DNA of 64,000 nucleotides from Dechloromonas sp. (GTDB lineage Bacteria; Pseudomonadota; Gammaproteobacteria; Burkholderiales; Rhodocyclaceae): NCBI GenBank assembly GCA_008933675.1, contig WBUO01000001.1, positions 19,239 to 83,238 of the forward strand, read 5' to 3'. Shown piece by piece: positions 62,082 to 64,000 of this stretch (position 1 is its first letter; each line of letters starts with the position of its first letter). The notes under the pieces were generated by a model. It saw only the letters and a program-made list of their open reading frames with translations, ran no database searches and was not told where the DNA came from. The position numbers and the translations under genes were made by a program.

Positions 62082-62882
62082 TCAGTTCACCAGCCGGAAT
62101 TCGATACGTCGATTCTTGGCTCGCCCCTCGGCCGTATCGTTTGTTGCAACCGGATGATCGGGCCCGGCGCCGACTGCATGCAGTGATTCCCCGGGAACAG
62201 CATGCTCGATCAGGTAGTCGCGTACGGCGCCCGCCCGGGCCAGGCTCAGTCCGACATTGGCCAGTCGATGACCGGTGCTGTCGGTATGACCGATCACCTG
62301 GAGACGTGGCGTCCCGATCTGCTTGATGGCGACGATCATCTCGTCAAGAATCGCCCGCCCGCGTGGCGTGAGCGTGGCAGAACCGCTTTCGAACTCGACG
62401 ACACGATTCGATAGCGTGTCATCGAGCACGGTCTGGCCACCGCCATCGGCGACGACCAGTGCATTGTCGATGCTGTAAGTCGGGTTGAGCGCCATAGCCA
62501 TATCGCTGACCACCTGCTGACGCTGCGCTTCGTTGGCAACCTTGCCGCGAATCGCCACTTGTGTGCCATTGACGCTCACCTGCCCCTTGCTGACCTGCTT
62601 GAGATTCGGCCCCAGCAACTTGGTCATATACTCGGTCCAGTTAGGCGGTGGTACGACACCGCCAACCTCGAGACGATCAACGACGTTGGCGGCCCCGTAA
62701 AGCTCGCGCAACTTGCCCAGTACCGCGGCACGTGCCGCCTCATCAGGCACCGTACCGGAGACAGTGACCTTGGCGCTGGCGGCTGCGGCATCAGGCGCAG
62801 CCGCCAGCTCGGCTGCCATCGTGCAGCTTGCCGCCAGCACCAAGGCCGAAGCAACGGCCAGAAGCTTTGTTTTCAAGTTCAT
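62082..62882 (-). CDS. BON-like + OmpA peptidoglycan-binding T6SS accessory protein (TagL/TagN-like)
   Basis: Signal peptide, VTVSGTVPDE...VVDRLEV, and OmpA motifs GHTDSTG, LSLARA and NRRIEF. Confidence 0.82.
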   Translation of the reverse strand: MNLKTKLLAVASALVLAASCTMAAELAAAPDAAAASAKVTVSGTVPDEAARAAVLGKLRELYGAANVVDRLEVGGVVPPPNWTEYMTKLLGPNLKQVSKGQVSVNGTQVAIRGKVANEAQRQQVVSDMAMALNPTYSIDNALVVADGGGQTVLDDTLSNRVVEFESGSATLTPRGRAILDEMIVAIKQIGTPRLQVIGHTDSTGHRLANVGLSLARAGAVRDYLIEHAVPGESLHAVGAGPDHPVATNDTAEGRAKNRRIEFRLVN

Positions 62883-63862
62883 TCCCCCAGAAAGACTTCG
62901 CGGAAGGTATTGATGGCCAGCTCCAGGCTGATGGCAGGCTGTGCGAGATAGGCCGACAACTTGGCGACACCATAGTCGTTGGCAATCTCGGCCTGTTCCT
63001 CGATCCACTCGGGATCGAAGAGGAGGATGTTGCGGCCGCTGGTCGTCTCCGGAGCCAGTGCTTCAAGCAAGGTAGCCGACGATGCACCATTGAAACCAAG
63101 CACCAGTCGCGGCGAATCGGCGGTCCGCTCGATGATCACCTGCATTTCGACAGCGGTACGCCGCAGGAAGGCTGAAACGAGGTAGAGCCAGAGTCCGGCG
63201 ACCAGATTGCGGTAACGCTCTTCCCTGGGCAACGGCAGAACCAGATCCTTTTCGATGTTGACTGCCCCTTGACCGAGAACAGGGCGCATCAGCAGGCCAA
63301 TGGCAAGGATGATGCGGCGCAGCGGCTCGCTACCGTTCATCGCCAGCATAGTCGCCAGGCCATTGAGGGTTGTGCGACGGACAAAGTTACCCAGGGGATC
63401 AAGCTGGATGGCTGTCGCGAAGTCGCCGGCACAATCCACGGCATCCAGTTCGCCGAGCAGTTGCCCAACATCCGCCCCTTTCAAACCGGCGTCCGATATG
63501 CCGGCCAATGCGGCGAACGAATGGCCAAGGCCTGCGGGAGCACACCGGAACATCAGGGAATCGTCGCGTTCGACCATCGCCGCCGTGATGAACGGGAAGC
63601 GGCGACCGGATGAATCGCTGCTCGGGCGCAGATGGCCGACCACTGAAAGGCGACTGCGCGCCCCGACAAAGGCGAAGTCGAATGCACCCGCGCCGTCATA
63701 GGCGATCTTCCAGCGGGAGTCTTCCGACAGCAGCTCCATCGCCTGCGATACCCAGCGGTCAAGCACCTGGATCAGCTGATGCTGACCGCTTCCCTTGACG
63801 AAATCCCCGCGGGACGGAATCTTCCCGAAGCAGGTTGCCGGGGAACTGTTTGCGTTGCTCAT
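62879..63862 (-). CDS. tagF: T6SS-associated protein TagF
   Basis: FGKIPSRGDFV, LDRWV and SSDSSGRRFPF motifs. Confidence 0.9.
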   Translation of the reverse strand: MSNANSSPATCFGKIPSRGDFVKGSGQHQLIQVLDRWVSQAMELLSEDSRWKIAYDGAGAFDFAFVGARSRLSVVGHLRPSSDSSGRRFPFITAAMVERDDSLMFRCAPAGLGHSFAALAGISDAGLKGADVGQLLGELDAVDCAGDFATAIQLDPLGNFVRRTTLNGLATMLAMNGSEPLRRIILAIGLLMRPVLGQGAVNIEKDLVLPLPREERYRNLVAGLWLYLVSAFLRRTAVEMQVIIERTADSPRLVLGFNGASSATLLEALAPETTSGRNILLFDPEWIEEQAEIANDYGVAKLSAYLAQPAISLELAINTFREVFLGE

Positions 63863-64000
63863 TGCGCCCCCCTGCCCTGCGCAGCTGCAGCATCGGCAAC
63901 GGTCGGCAACGCGGCATCTCCGGTAACGGCAGGCGACGTGGATGATCCGGCGTCCGCCACCTGGCGAGGCAGGACCAGCCCGGCAAGACCGCGGCTGCCC
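63859..64000 (-). CDS. 3' end of a gene coupled to tagF, probably tssM (partial)
   Basis: Open frame ending in an ATGA overlap with tagF. tssM-tagF is the usual order, but the identity rests on synteny only. Confidence 0.5.
   Translation of the reverse strand, partial: GSRGLAGLVLPRQVADAGSSTSPAVTGDAALPTVADAAAAQGRGAQ

Overview
GC-rich betaproteobacterial chromosome; gene content and order are Rhodocyclales-like (Dechloromonas/Azonexus type, inferred). Housekeeping blocks: end of ychF, a PAS-GGDEF-EAL gene, ribB-ribH-nusB-thiL-pgpA, tRNA-Phe, a TctDE/QseBC-like two-component pair, actP, groESL with CIRCE and a sigma32 promoter, dacB, ubiA/ubiD, an arsR-aas-amidohydrolase-MFS operon and tRNA-Arg. 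There are two accessory regions. (1) A 9.3-kb Mu-like transposable element at about 19150-28493. It has TG...CA imperfect terminal inverted repeats built from 22-bp units and an intact repressor/ner/transposase/ATPase/gemA/mor module. Its late module has only four genes: a Mu gpI-type protease with a duplicated C-terminal motif, two small unknown proteins and a tape-measure protein. It has no capsid, portal, terminase, tail tube/sheath, baseplate or lysis genes. This is the best candidate for an undescribed system, a transposable (Mu-type) phage satellite. (2) A type VI secretion cluster (48.1 kb to the window end) beside tRNA-Arg, ending in a Tae4-like amidase homolog that appears to lack its catalytic residues. 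All family assignments come from recognised sequence motifs; no database searches were run.
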